Shown one piece after another: positions 1 through 10,000 of a stretch of 47,672 nucleotides of DNA; within the stretch, counting starts at the first letter, position 1, and each line of letters opens with the position of its first letter. A program made the translations under genes and the position numbers. Under the pieces are notes generated by a model. That model saw only the letters and a program-made list of their open reading frames with translations. It did not search any database and was not told where the DNA came from. Source of the DNA: an uncultured Aureispira sp. (GTDB lineage: Bacteria; Bacteroidota; Bacteroidia; Chitinophagales; Saprospiraceae). Location of the stretch: assembly GCA_902727865.1 (NCBI GenBank), contig CACVAQ010000010.1:1-47672 (forward strand). Direction: 5' to 3'.

Positions 1-809
1 CGATGACAGAAGATTACCCAGAAGTTTCAGGGGTTAATCCACAAGAATTGACAGAACTACGTACGCTTGGACAAATTGTAGATTACTTGGCTGGTAAAGC
101 TGGTGCAACGACTTCCGCTCCTGCTGCGACCGTTCAAACTGCTCCTGCTCCTATTGCGACTCCTGTTGTTAATAACCTTACTAATAATAACAACAACAAC
201 ACGGGAGGAATTAGCACAAGCAAACTAGAAGAAATTCTACTAACTGTTGTTAGCGAAAAAACTGGCTATCCTACTGAAATGTTAGAATTAGACATGGACA
301 TGGAAGCTGATTTAGGTATTGACTCTATCAAACGAGTTGAAATTTTCGGTTCGATGACAGAAGATTACCCAGAAGTTTCAGGGGTTAATCCACAAGAATT
401 AACAGAACTACGTACGCTTGGACAAATTGTAGACTACTTGGCTGGTAAAGCTGGCGCAACGACTTCCGCTGCTCCTGCTGCTAGCGTTCAAACTGCTCCT
501 GCTCCTATTGCAACTCCTGTTGTTAATAACCTTACTAATGATAACAACAACAACACGGGAGGCATTAGCACAAGCAAACTAGAAGAAATTCTACTAACCG
601 TTGTTAGCGAGAAAACTGGCTATCCTACTGAAATGTTAGAATTAGACATGGACATGGAAGCTGATTTAGGTATTGACTCCATCAAACGAGTGGAAATCTT
701 CGGTTCGATGACAGAAGATTACCCAGAAGTTTCGGGGGTTAATCCACAAGAATTAACAGAATTACGTACGCTTGGACAAATTGTAGATTACTTGACTGAA
801 AAAGCAGGT
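1..809 (+). repeat. Intragenic tandem ACP repeats, 351/354-bp period
   Basis: ATGACAGAAGATTACCCAGAAG recurs at 3, 354 and 708; copies differ mostly at synonymous positions. Confidence 0.95.
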
Positions 810-830
810 AAAAAAAAAGTCCTAGCCTAA
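1..830 (+). CDS. pfaA: PUFA synthase PfaA-like subunit, 3' end with tandem ACP domains (5'-truncated by the window)
   Basis: Repeated ACP domains with the phosphopantetheine motif DLGIDSIKRVEI and ELRTLGQIV, joined by Ala/Pro/Thr/Asn-rich linkers; followed by KR-DH, KS-CLF-AT-DH and PfaD genes. Confidence 0.92.
   Translation, partial: MTEDYPEVSGVNPQELTELRTLGQIVDYLAGKAGATTSAPAATVQTAPAPIATPVVNNLTNNNNNNTGGISTSKLEEILLTVVSEKTGYPTEMLELDMDMEADLGIDSIKRVEIFGSMTEDYPEVSGVNPQELTELRTLGQIVDYLAGKAGATTSAAPAASVQTAPAPIATPVVNNLTNDNNNNTGGISTSKLEEILLTVVSEKTGYPTEMLELDMDMEADLGIDSIKRVEIFGSMTEDYPEVSGVNPQELTELRTLGQIVDYLTEKAGKKKVLA
810..818 (+). other. A9 run, candidate -1 frameshift / transcriptional slippage site
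   Basis: GGT AAA AAA AAA GTC; the -1 frame is open from 812 straight into the 851..3352 ORF. Confidence 0.5.
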
Positions 831-850
831 CAGAACGTACAAAAGAAACT

Positions 851-3352
851 GTGGAGGAAGATGTTACCGTAAAAGCTTACCCAAAAAACTTTACAACAAC
901 ATCTTCCTTTCATGGTGTTGAACGCAACGAAATTGGTTTAAAATACTTACCTAAACCAGATTATTTGGAATTTTCTTTGCCAAATACACACCTTGCACTA
1001 GTCACTAATGATGGTTCAGAATTAACACAACAAGTCGTCCAAGCTTTAGAGCAAAAAGGAAACAAAGTTGTTGTTCTGAACCTTCATCAAGTGAACAATC
1101 CTATCCAACACAACAGTGTGACTCTTTCTTCCAATACAGACGATGCCATAAAAGCCGCTATTGAAACGGTTCAAAATCAATATGGCGCTGTTGGAACTTT
1201 CATCCACTTACATCCTCATTTTGAATTCCAAAATGGCAACTTCACCCAACACTTTGCGGTAGAAAGAGACTTAGTAAAAGCCGTCTTCCTTATTGCCAAG
1301 CACATCCAACCTGCTCTAAATGAATTGGGCAAAACAAATCGGGCTAACTTTTTAAGTGTAACTCGCTTAGATGGTCAATCTGGCTTGGGCAAACGGGGCA
1401 ATACTTCTATTGTTGGTGGTGGTTTAAATGGCTTGGTCAAATGTTTAAATTTAGAATGGTCACAAGTCTTTTGTAGAGCAGTTGATATTCAACCCGAATT
1501 AAGCACAACAAGCATTGCAGCACATATTATCAGCGAACTACACGATCCGAATCGCTCGATTATAGAAACGACGATTAGTGAAAATGGTAGAGCAATGTTA
1601 ACAGCCAAAAAAGTAGTTGTAAAAGAACATCAAGAAATTGAAACGGCTGTTAGCAATGAATCTTTATTCTTAGTGAGTGGTGGTGCTCGTGGCGTAACGG
1701 CAAATTGTGTCATTGAAATGGCTAAAGCCTTCAAAGCTAAATTCATTTTATTAGGTCGCTCCAACTTTGAGTTTGAAGTGCCTGCTTATGCTCAAAATGA
1801 GTCCGATGATGGTGCATTAAAACGTTTGATTATGACCGATATGAAGAACAAAGGTCAAAAACCAAACTTGGCAGAAGTCAAAAAGACCTTTAACAGCATT
1901 GTTGCCAAAAAAGAAATTGAAGCAACGATCCAAGCGATTAAAAAGAATGGTGGAGAAGCGGTTTACATCAAAGGCGATGTAACGGATGTTAGAACGGTAA
2001 AACCACAATTACTAGCGATCACCAAACGTTGGGGAGCGATTACGGGCATTATTCACGGTGCAGGACGTTTGGCAGACAAATACATTCAAGACAAAGCGGA
2101 ACAAGATTTCTTAAATGTTTTGACGGTAAAATTAGATGGTTTGTTAACTCTGTTGCAATGTGTTAATATTCACAAACTAGAGCATTTGGTCCTATTCTCC
2201 TCTGTTGCTGGTTTTTATGGTAATGTCGGACAAACGGATTATGCGATTGCCAATGAAATATTGAGCAAAGCGGCTCACTTGTTTAGAACCAATCATCCGA
2301 ATACACAAGTATCTGCCATCAACTGGGGCGCTTGGGATGCTGGAATGGTTAGCGATGCCTTGAAAAAGAAGTTTAAAGAAATGGGGGTTGTTTTGGTCAA
2401 CAGTGAAGGTGGACCGGCTATGATGGTGAACGAAATGAACATTCAATATGCCAACCAAGCTCAAGTCATTATTGGTGGAACGTTGCCTGCTGGCATTTCG
2501 TATACCGAAGGTGCTTTGGAAACACATCGCATTCATAGAAAGATGCTTTTAGCTGAAAATCCTTTCTTGATGCATCACGTGATTCAAGGAAACGCTGTCT
2601 TGCCTGTTGTGAATGCAGTCGGTTGGATGACAAATACCTGTGAGCAAGTCTTCCCTGATTTTAGCGTGCATATTGTAAAAGATGCGAAGCTATTTAAAGG
2701 CGTTGTTTTTGATGGTTCGGAACCAATTGATTATATCATTGAATTGAAAGAAATTCAAAAAGATGCCGATACCATTTCATTAGAAACAACGATTCTAAGT
2801 CAAGCGCCTACTGCTAAATTACCAACCTATCATTACAAAGCTCAGGTGACTTTGATGGCTAAGAAAAACAAATTGGGCTTGCCTAAATTTCAAGCCGCAC
2901 TAAGTGGCCGATATACGCCTACTGATGGAGCTGTTTTGTATAAAAATGGGGCTTTATTTCACGGGGCTTATTTCCAAGGAATTGAGCAAGTTTTAGATTG
3001 GACCGAGCAACAAATTGTGCTAAAATGTAAAGCGCCTGAAGTGCCTGCTAAAGATCAAGGTCAATTTCCAGTGATTGGAGTGAATACCTTCTTCTCGGAC
3101 ATTCAGTACCAGGGCATGGTGATTTGGGTACAACAATACAATAAGGGGGCAAAATCATTGCCTTTGTCTACCGAATCTGCCACGGTTTACAAACCTGTTC
3201 CTTTTGGAAAAGAATTGTTTGTTCATATAGAAGTCGTAGAAAGTAACGAATTCAAAATGGTGGCCAATTGCACGACTTACGATGAAAATGGCGAAGTGTA
3301 TTTGTTTACTAAGAATGCTGCGGTGACCGTTTCTAAGGAATTACAATGGTAG
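851..3352 (+). CDS. PUFA synthase ketoreductase + PKS-type dehydratase subunit (equivalent to the C-terminal part of canonical PfaA)
   Basis: KR motifs SGGARGVT, IIHGAG, FSSVAG and YAIANE; DH motif HHVIQGNAVLP (HxxxGxxxxP); GTG start. Confidence 0.9.
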   Translation: MEEDVTVKAYPKNFTTTSSFHGVERNEIGLKYLPKPDYLEFSLPNTHLALVTNDGSELTQQVVQALEQKGNKVVVLNLHQVNNPIQHNSVTLSSNTDDAIKAAIETVQNQYGAVGTFIHLHPHFEFQNGNFTQHFAVERDLVKAVFLIAKHIQPALNELGKTNRANFLSVTRLDGQSGLGKRGNTSIVGGGLNGLVKCLNLEWSQVFCRAVDIQPELSTTSIAAHIISELHDPNRSIIETTISENGRAMLTAKKVVVKEHQEIETAVSNESLFLVSGGARGVTANCVIEMAKAFKAKFILLGRSNFEFEVPAYAQNESDDGALKRLIMTDMKNKGQKPNLAEVKKTFNSIVAKKEIEATIQAIKKNGGEAVYIKGDVTDVRTVKPQLLAITKRWGAITGIIHGAGRLADKYIQDKAEQDFLNVLTVKLDGLLTLLQCVNIHKLEHLVLFSSVAGFYGNVGQTDYAIANEILSKAAHLFRTNHPNTQVSAINWGAWDAGMVSDALKKKFKEMGVVLVNSEGGPAMMVNEMNIQYANQAQVIIGGTLPAGISYTEGALETHRIHRKMLLAENPFLMHHVIQGNAVLPVVNAVGWMTNTCEQVFPDFSVHIVKDAKLFKGVVFDGSEPIDYIIELKEIQKDADTISLETTILSQAPTAKLPTYHYKAQVTLMAKKNKLGLPKFQAALSGRYTPTDGAVLYKNGALFHGAYFQGIEQVLDWTEQQIVLKCKAPEVPAKDQGQFPVIGVNTFFSDIQYQGMVIWVQQYNKGAKSLPLSTESATVYKPVPFGKELFVHIEVVESNEFKMVANCTTYDENGEVYLFTKNAAVTVSKELQW

Positions 3353-3392
3353 TGTAGAGTATTTTAAATGGTAGTGTAGAGAATTTTAAATG
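3345..3392 (+). repeat. 22-bp tandem duplication spanning the KR-DH stop codon
   Basis: AATGGTAGTGTAGAGTATTTTA followed by AATGGTAGTGTAGAGAATTTTA, then AATG. Confidence 0.9.
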
Positions 3393-3447
3393 TTTAATTC
3401 TTAATGTTAAATGATTTAATGTTGGAATTAAAACTTAAAAATAAAAT

Positions 3448-3953
3448 ATGAAAGAAAATGTCGTTTTAGAAAAGTCTTTTACCTTCTCTTTGAAAATTAT
3501 AGCGTTGTATAAAACTAATACTCCGTTGATTTTTTAGTTTTTCTATGAAAAACATAAAAAAGCATCTTGCATTAGTTTGATTATCAGCTTTTTAATACTT
3601 TGGCAATTAAAAAATCATCTTGCTGATAATCAAACTAATACGATTTTTCAACGGAGTAATGTAAAACGTTACAAGCAGAAAAAGAATTTGTTATTTCAAA
3701 GCAGCTATTGCGCTCTGCTACCAGTATTGGTGCAAACGCAAATGAAGCATCTGCTGCTCAAACAAAGAAAGATTTTATTGCTAAAATGGCGATTTCTTCC
3801 AAAGAAGCTAGAGAAACACATTATTGGCTAAGACTATTACAAAAAAGCCAATTAGTACCTTTAGACTATAATGATTATATTTTACAAATAGAGGAATTAA
3901 TTCGAATTATAACAGCTATTGTAAAGACATCACAAAATAATCTAAAAAGGTAA
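3448..3953 (+). pseudogene. Four-helix-bundle protein (23S rRNA IVP / TIGR02436-like) disrupted by an insertion
   Basis: MKENVVLEKSFTFSLKIIALYK from 3448 hits TAG at 3535-3537; TLQAEKEFVISKQLLRSATSIGANANEA...KEARETHYWLRLL resumes after 3667; deleting 3516-3667 restores a 117-aa ORF. Confidence 0.88.
3516..3661. mobile_element. 146-bp non-autonomous MITE-like element (E1) with 6-bp target duplication
   Basis: Terminal IR TACTCCGTTGA (3519-3529) / TCAACGGAGTA (3648-3658); inner 18-bp perfect IR 3571-3588 / 3622-3639; TAAAAC direct repeat at 3510-3515 and 3662-3667; interrupts a recognisable gene. Confidence 0.85.
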
Positions 3954-4026
3954 AATGTTGATTTCTTAATGTTGATGTTTTTTCATAATTCAACATTAAA
4001 TTCAACATTAAACATTATAATAACAT
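3954..4026. repeat. AATGTT/AACATT short-repeat hairpin downstream of the four-helix-bundle gene
   Basis: AATGTTGA twice, then TCAACATT twice plus AACATT and AACAT; complementary AATGTT units also lie upstream at 3389-3423. Confidence 0.7.
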
Positions 4027-7000
4027 ATGAAAATAGCAATCATAGGAATGTCTGGCTTGTTTCCTGGGTCTTCTACCAATAAAGAATTTTGGGAGAACCT
4101 AGTTGGCGAGAAGAATTTAATAAAAATGGCGACAGAGGAAGATTTTGGCGTATCGCCAGATACCTTCTTTCAGTCCGACAAAGGCGTGGTTGATAAATGC
4201 TATTCGCTGCGTGGTGGTTATATTCGAAACTTTGAATTTGATCCTACGGGGTATAAATTGCCTAGTGACTTTGTTGCCAAGCAAGATAAGCTCTACCAAT
4301 GGTCTTTGTATGTTGCCAAAGAAGCTTTGAAAGATAGTGGTTATTACGATAGTAAAACAGCTTTAGAAAAATGTGGTTTGGTCTTAGGAAATCTTTCGTT
4401 TCCGACGGGCTCCTCGCACAAACTAATGTCTAGTGTTTATACACAAACGACCGAAAAAGCACTTCAAGAATTATTAGAGGATGATAATTTCAAAATAGAA
4501 TCGCATAAATACGAGCAGCCTGACAATGAAGTTTTGTGTGACACGCCTTCCAAAATGGTTTGTAAAGCGTTGGGATTGGGAGGCAATCATTATGCCTTAG
4601 ATGCCGCTTGTGCCACCTCTCTTTATGCTATAAAGTTAGCTTGTGATGATTTGATGACGGGCAAATCCGACTTGATGCTGGCAGGAGCCGTTTGTGCTTC
4701 TGACCAACTATTTATACACATGGGCTTTTCTATCTTCCATGCCTATGCACCGCACGATGAGAAATTTGCGCCACTGGACAGCAATTCTGGTGGTTTGGTT
4801 TCTTCTGAAGGGGCTGGAATCGTTGTCTTAAAACGATTGGACGATGCGCAATGGGATGGCGATAAGATTTTGGGAGTTATTGGGGGCATTGGTTTGTCAA
4901 ACGATGGTCGTGGTAAGTTTTTGCTAAGTCCGAATCCTAAAGGTCAAAAACTGGCTTTTGAGCGAGCTTATTTGAAAGACGATGTCTTGCCTAAAAACAC
5001 CAGTTACCTAGAATGTCATGCTACAGGAACGCCTTTGGGCGATGTAACAGAAATGAATTCTATTTCTGATTTCTTTCAACAACATCATGCAGCCCCACTT
5101 TTAGGTTCTGTCAAGTCTAACATGGGGCATTTGTTGACAGCAGCAGGAATGACTGGTTTATTCAAAGTCTTGTTGTCTATGGAAAAAGGCTTTATTCCTC
5201 CAAATGTAAATCTAACAGAAGCCGTTCAGACTGAAAATCAATTCATCAAGGACGAACATATTATCACAAGAGCCACCCCATGGAAAGGCAATCAAGCAGG
5301 GATTAATTCTTTTGGTTTTGGAGGAACAAATGCGCACATGGTGATTCAGGCTTATGAAAAAGAAAAACCAGCAGCTTATAAGTTGCTCAGCATGGAAGCG
5401 ATGTCTATTGTTGGAATGGAAGCTTATTTTGGAGATTGCACCAATTTAGATGATTTTTATGCGTCTATTTATAATGGCAAACAACACTTTAGAGCATTGC
5501 CCGCTGAGCGTTGGAAAGGATTTGATGCCAATGAAGCGCTCTTAAAAGAATACGGTTTCAAGAATGGAAAAGCGCCTAAAGGCGCTTATATTGATCGTTT
5601 TGAAATTGATTTGTTGCGTTATAAAATTCAACCCAAAGAAGCGGAAACTTTAGAACCTCAACAAGCGCTTATTTTGAGTGTGGCGGATAAAGCTTTGCAA
5701 GATGCAGGCATTGACGAAAGTCAAAACATTGCGGTTTTAATTGCCATGGAATCAGAATTAGCGATTCATCATTATTTATCTCGTTGGGATAGTGTCTGGC
5801 AAATCGAAGAAGCGATTGAACGCAGCAATATTATTCTAACTGAGGAAAAGAAAAAAGAGTTAAAGGAACAATGTAAAAACGCCTTATATTTCAGAGAAGG
5901 TGGACAAACGCCTAGTCAGCATACTAGTTTTGTTGGTAACATTATGGCAAGTCGAATTGCGGCTTTGTGGGATTTTTCTGGTCCTGCTTTTACGGTTTCT
6001 TGTGGTGAGAACTCTGTTTTCAAAGCACTAGAAGTTGCTCAAAATATGCTTTCCTTAGGCGAAGTCGATGCGGTCGTTGTTGGTGGGGTTGATTTTTGTG
6101 GTGGTTTAGAAAGCGTCTTATTACGCAATCAAAAAAATCCTGCGAGTACGGTTCCGAATCCAAGTTTGAGCCTCAATCAAAATGATGCTGGTTGGCTCGT
6201 CGGTGAAGGTGCTGGAGCGATTGTTCTCAAACGCAGCAAAGAGGCTAAAAAGGACAAAATTTATGCAACGATTGACCACATTGGTAAAGCAAAAACGGAA
6301 CTCAACATTGGCTATCAAGAATTGGTGGCGAGTGGTGTCGCAGCACAGGACACGCAAGAAATTGCACAATTATTAAAAACCAAACAAGAGCAAGAGGTTG
6401 CTTTGGGTTCGGTCAAAACATCTATTGGCAACACTTGTGCTGCCTCAGGAATTGCCAGCTTGATTAAGACGGCCTTGTGTCTTCACCATCGTTTTATTCC
6501 TGGTATTCCGAATTGGAAAGCACCTAAATTAGCAGAAGAATTTGCGGGAACCAATTATTACTTCCCTGCAAAATCTCGCCCTTGGCTGTTGAGTAACAAT
6601 CAAGAAAAGCGACGCGCAGCGATCAATGGTTTGGACGGCCTTCAAATTCAATTAACAGAATCGCCTGTTTATCAAGAAAAAGAAACGCCCTTAACCAACG
6701 GAAGAGTTACGAATATTATTCTGATAAAAGGGAATAGTGAAACGGCTCTGAATACGCAAATTCAGGTCTTAGAAAAAGCCCTTCTAGAGGGCAAAGCCTT
6801 AAGCCAAATTGCTGCACAGTCTTATGCCTCTACTAAGCAACAAAAATATACTTATTGTATTTCTATACTGGCTCGCAACAAAAAAGCCTTTGCACAAGAA
6901 TTAAAATTCATCAAGCTAGGTTTGCCCAATGCCATTCTAGAGAAAAAAGAAATTAAAACACCTAAAGGTTCTTACTTTACAGGAAATCCTCTAGGAACAA

Positions 7001-10000
7001 AAGGAAAAGTAGCCTTTGTTTACCCTGGTTCTGCGGCGGCATACAATGGCTTGGGGCAAGATATTTTCCAACTGTTCCCTCAACTGCACACGCATTTTGA
7101 AGAGAAGGTTCCTAATATGTCAGAATTTGTTGGCACTCAATATTTACATCCAAAAACACAAACAGCGGACACGGCGACGCCTAACATTCACAAAGATGCG
7201 ATTGCCATGATGTCCGCAGGTGTTTTTTCTTCGGCTATTTACACCCATATTTTACGTGCTTATTTCAAACTAGAGCCTCAAATCGCTTTTGGTTATAGTA
7301 TGGGAGAATCTGCCAGTATGTGGTATTCTCTAAATGTTTGGAGTCCGACAAGAACTAGTGTTTTCAAAAATTCAAGTCTCTTTCAAAACGAATTTTCTGG
7401 CGACTTAAATTTGCTAGCAAAAGTTTGGGATACCACTTCTGAAGAGGCAAAAGAACGTTGGGTAAGCCTCATTTTATTAGCGCCTAGAGCCAAGGTTGAA
7501 GCATTGGTTGCTCGTTATGACAAGACCTATCTCAGTTTTGTAAACACCAATAATGAGGTAATTATTTCAGGAGAAAAAGCGACTTGCCTATCTATTGTAA
7601 GCCAACTGAACTGCCATTCGATAGAAGTACCGTTTCAAAATGTGATTCATCATGACTTTTGCAAAATGGCTCATGATGACTTGATGGAAATGCACGAATT
7701 TTCGTTAGAAGAAAAACCTAACATTGATTTTTACTCTAGCCTTACTTTAGAAAAATTGCCTTTTGACAGCAATATAATTGCACGCAATTCATCCAAAATT
7801 TGCTATCAAGCAGTTGATTTCCCTAGAACAGTGGAAACTATTTATGACAAAGGCGCTAGAATTTTCATAGAATTAGGAGCCAATGCGACTTGCACTTCTT
7901 GGATTAAAGAGAATTTGGCAACGAAGGAGCATCTAGCGATTAGCATGAACAAAAAGGGCAAATCGGACGCACAAAACATCTTGGAAGCGATGGCGCAATT
8001 GCTCAGTCATGGTGTTGCTTTGGACTTGGATATTTTATATAAAAACATCCTATTAGAAGCCGAGCCTCGTTCGTTCAAAAAGGAAATTATCACAGGCGGA
8101 AAACGTATCTTTGATGTCTTGCTTAGCGAAACTAATAAAGCTAGCTTTGCAAACCTCCAACGAAAAGCAATCGCCAAAGAACCTACTTTAGCCGTAGTCG
8201 ATTCAGAAACAAACCTTGTAGCAACAAGGCTTGAATCGTCCAATACGAAACAAAAAAATATTTCAATAGCTCGTGCTCAGCAATTGTCTGAGACACAAAA
8301 ATCAATCGTCACCTTGGAAACAAAAACAGTTGAAACAATGCACAACAAAACCTCCAATCCAACGATTGGCGAAAACGGTTTGTTGCTTCAAGACTTTGCC
8401 TCTGGAGCGCAATTAAAAGGAAAAACTATTATCTTTTCTCAAGAAGACTTACAAGAATTTGCCGAAGGTAAAATTGGAAAAGTCTTTGGTCCTGATTACG
8501 ATATTATTGACAGTTATAGCCGACGAGTCATGCTGCCAATGGATCCCTATTTATTGGTTAGCCGTGTGACGGGTTTGAACGCTAAAAAAGGCGAATACAA
8601 GCCTTCTACCATGCAAACAGAGTATGACATTCCTTATAATGCTTGGTTTACGACTGATGGGCAAATTCCTTGGGCGGTTTCGGTTGAGTCTGGTCAATGT
8701 GATTTGTTGTTGATTTCTTATTTGGGGATTGACTTTGAAAACAAAGGCGATTTGGTGTATCGTTTATTGGATTGCACCTTGACTTTTGTAGACGACTTAC
8801 CATTTGAAGGGCAGACTTTGCGGTATGATATTTCGATCAATTCGTTTGTAAAAAATGGAGATAATCTATTGTTCTTCTTTAGTTATGACTGTTATGTAGA
8901 AGATCGCTTGGTCTTAAAAATGCGTGGTGGCTGTGCTGGTTTCTTTACCGACGAGCAATTGGAAGAGGGCTTAGGATTGATTTACACAAAAGAGGAATTG
9001 CAAGCAAAAGTAAATGTAAAAAAACCTAAATTTACGCCTTTATTAAACACTACCAAAACAAGCTTTTCTAAAGAAGATTTGCACCATTTGATTGATGGTA
9101 ATATTGAAAAATGTTTTGGCAATATTTCTTATTATGCGAATGGACGGAACCAGTCTTTGTGTCTGCCTTCGGAGCAAATTTTAATGCTCGACCGAATTAC
9201 TTCTGTTGATTTACAAGGCGGTGCTTATGGTTTGGGCTATATCGTAGCTGAAAAAGATTTGAGCCCGAACGACTGGTATTTCCCTTGCCATTTCCGTGAC
9301 GACGAAGTACTTGCAGGCTCTTTGCAAGCAGAAGGTGGTGGAAATTTGTTGCGTTTCTTGATGTTAATGCTTGGATTACAACGCTTGACGAAAGACGCTC
9401 GTTACCAACCGATCTATGATTTGCCTCAAAAAGTACGTTGTCGCAAGCAGGTGGTGCCAGGAAAAGATACCAAATTAGTGTACAAATTAGAAGTAAAAGA
9501 AATTGGCTTGGTTCCAAATCCGTATATTATCGCTGATTTAGAAATCATTTCTGATGGCGTGATTACGGTTCATTTTGAGAACTTAGGTTTACAATTAAGA
9601 GAAAAAGACAATCCTAAATACTTAGAGCAAGAAGCTGGTGTTAAAATTTCGCCCCGCTCTGAAGGCGCTCTGTTGAATGAGTTGGACATCACAAATTTTG
9701 CCTTAAGTGACTTATCCAAGGCTTTTGGTCCCGACTTCTCTTGTTATGATGGAAGAACGGTTTCTCGTCAGCCCAACACCGATTTACAATTGATTTCTAG
9801 AGTATTAAAAATAGAAGGAGAACGCTTGTATTTCAAGAAACCTTCTACGATTTATGCAGAGTATGATGTCCCTGTAGATGCTTGGTATTATGAGCAAAAT
9901 TCTACGAAGACCATGCCTTATTCTGTCTTAATGGAAATCGCTTTGCAACCTTGTGGTTTGTTGGGTGCTTATATGGGATCTACCTTGAAGTTCTCTGACA

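Noticed and set aside
3345-3392. 22-bp repeats as a CRISPR array
   Set aside because: Only two adjacent copies, no spacers, no cas genes.
3577-3831. 84-aa ORF overlapping the insertion and the four-helix-bundle remnant
   Set aside because: Starts inside the non-coding element and is out of frame with the recognisable protein; no family motif.
3708-3953. 81-aa ORF as an intact gene
   Set aside because: It is the C-terminal fragment of the disrupted 3448..3953 gene and lacks the first helix.
3448-3953. Diversity-generating retroelement (Avd-like gene)
   Set aside because: No reverse transcriptase and no TR/VR pair with adenine-specific mismatches seen in the window.
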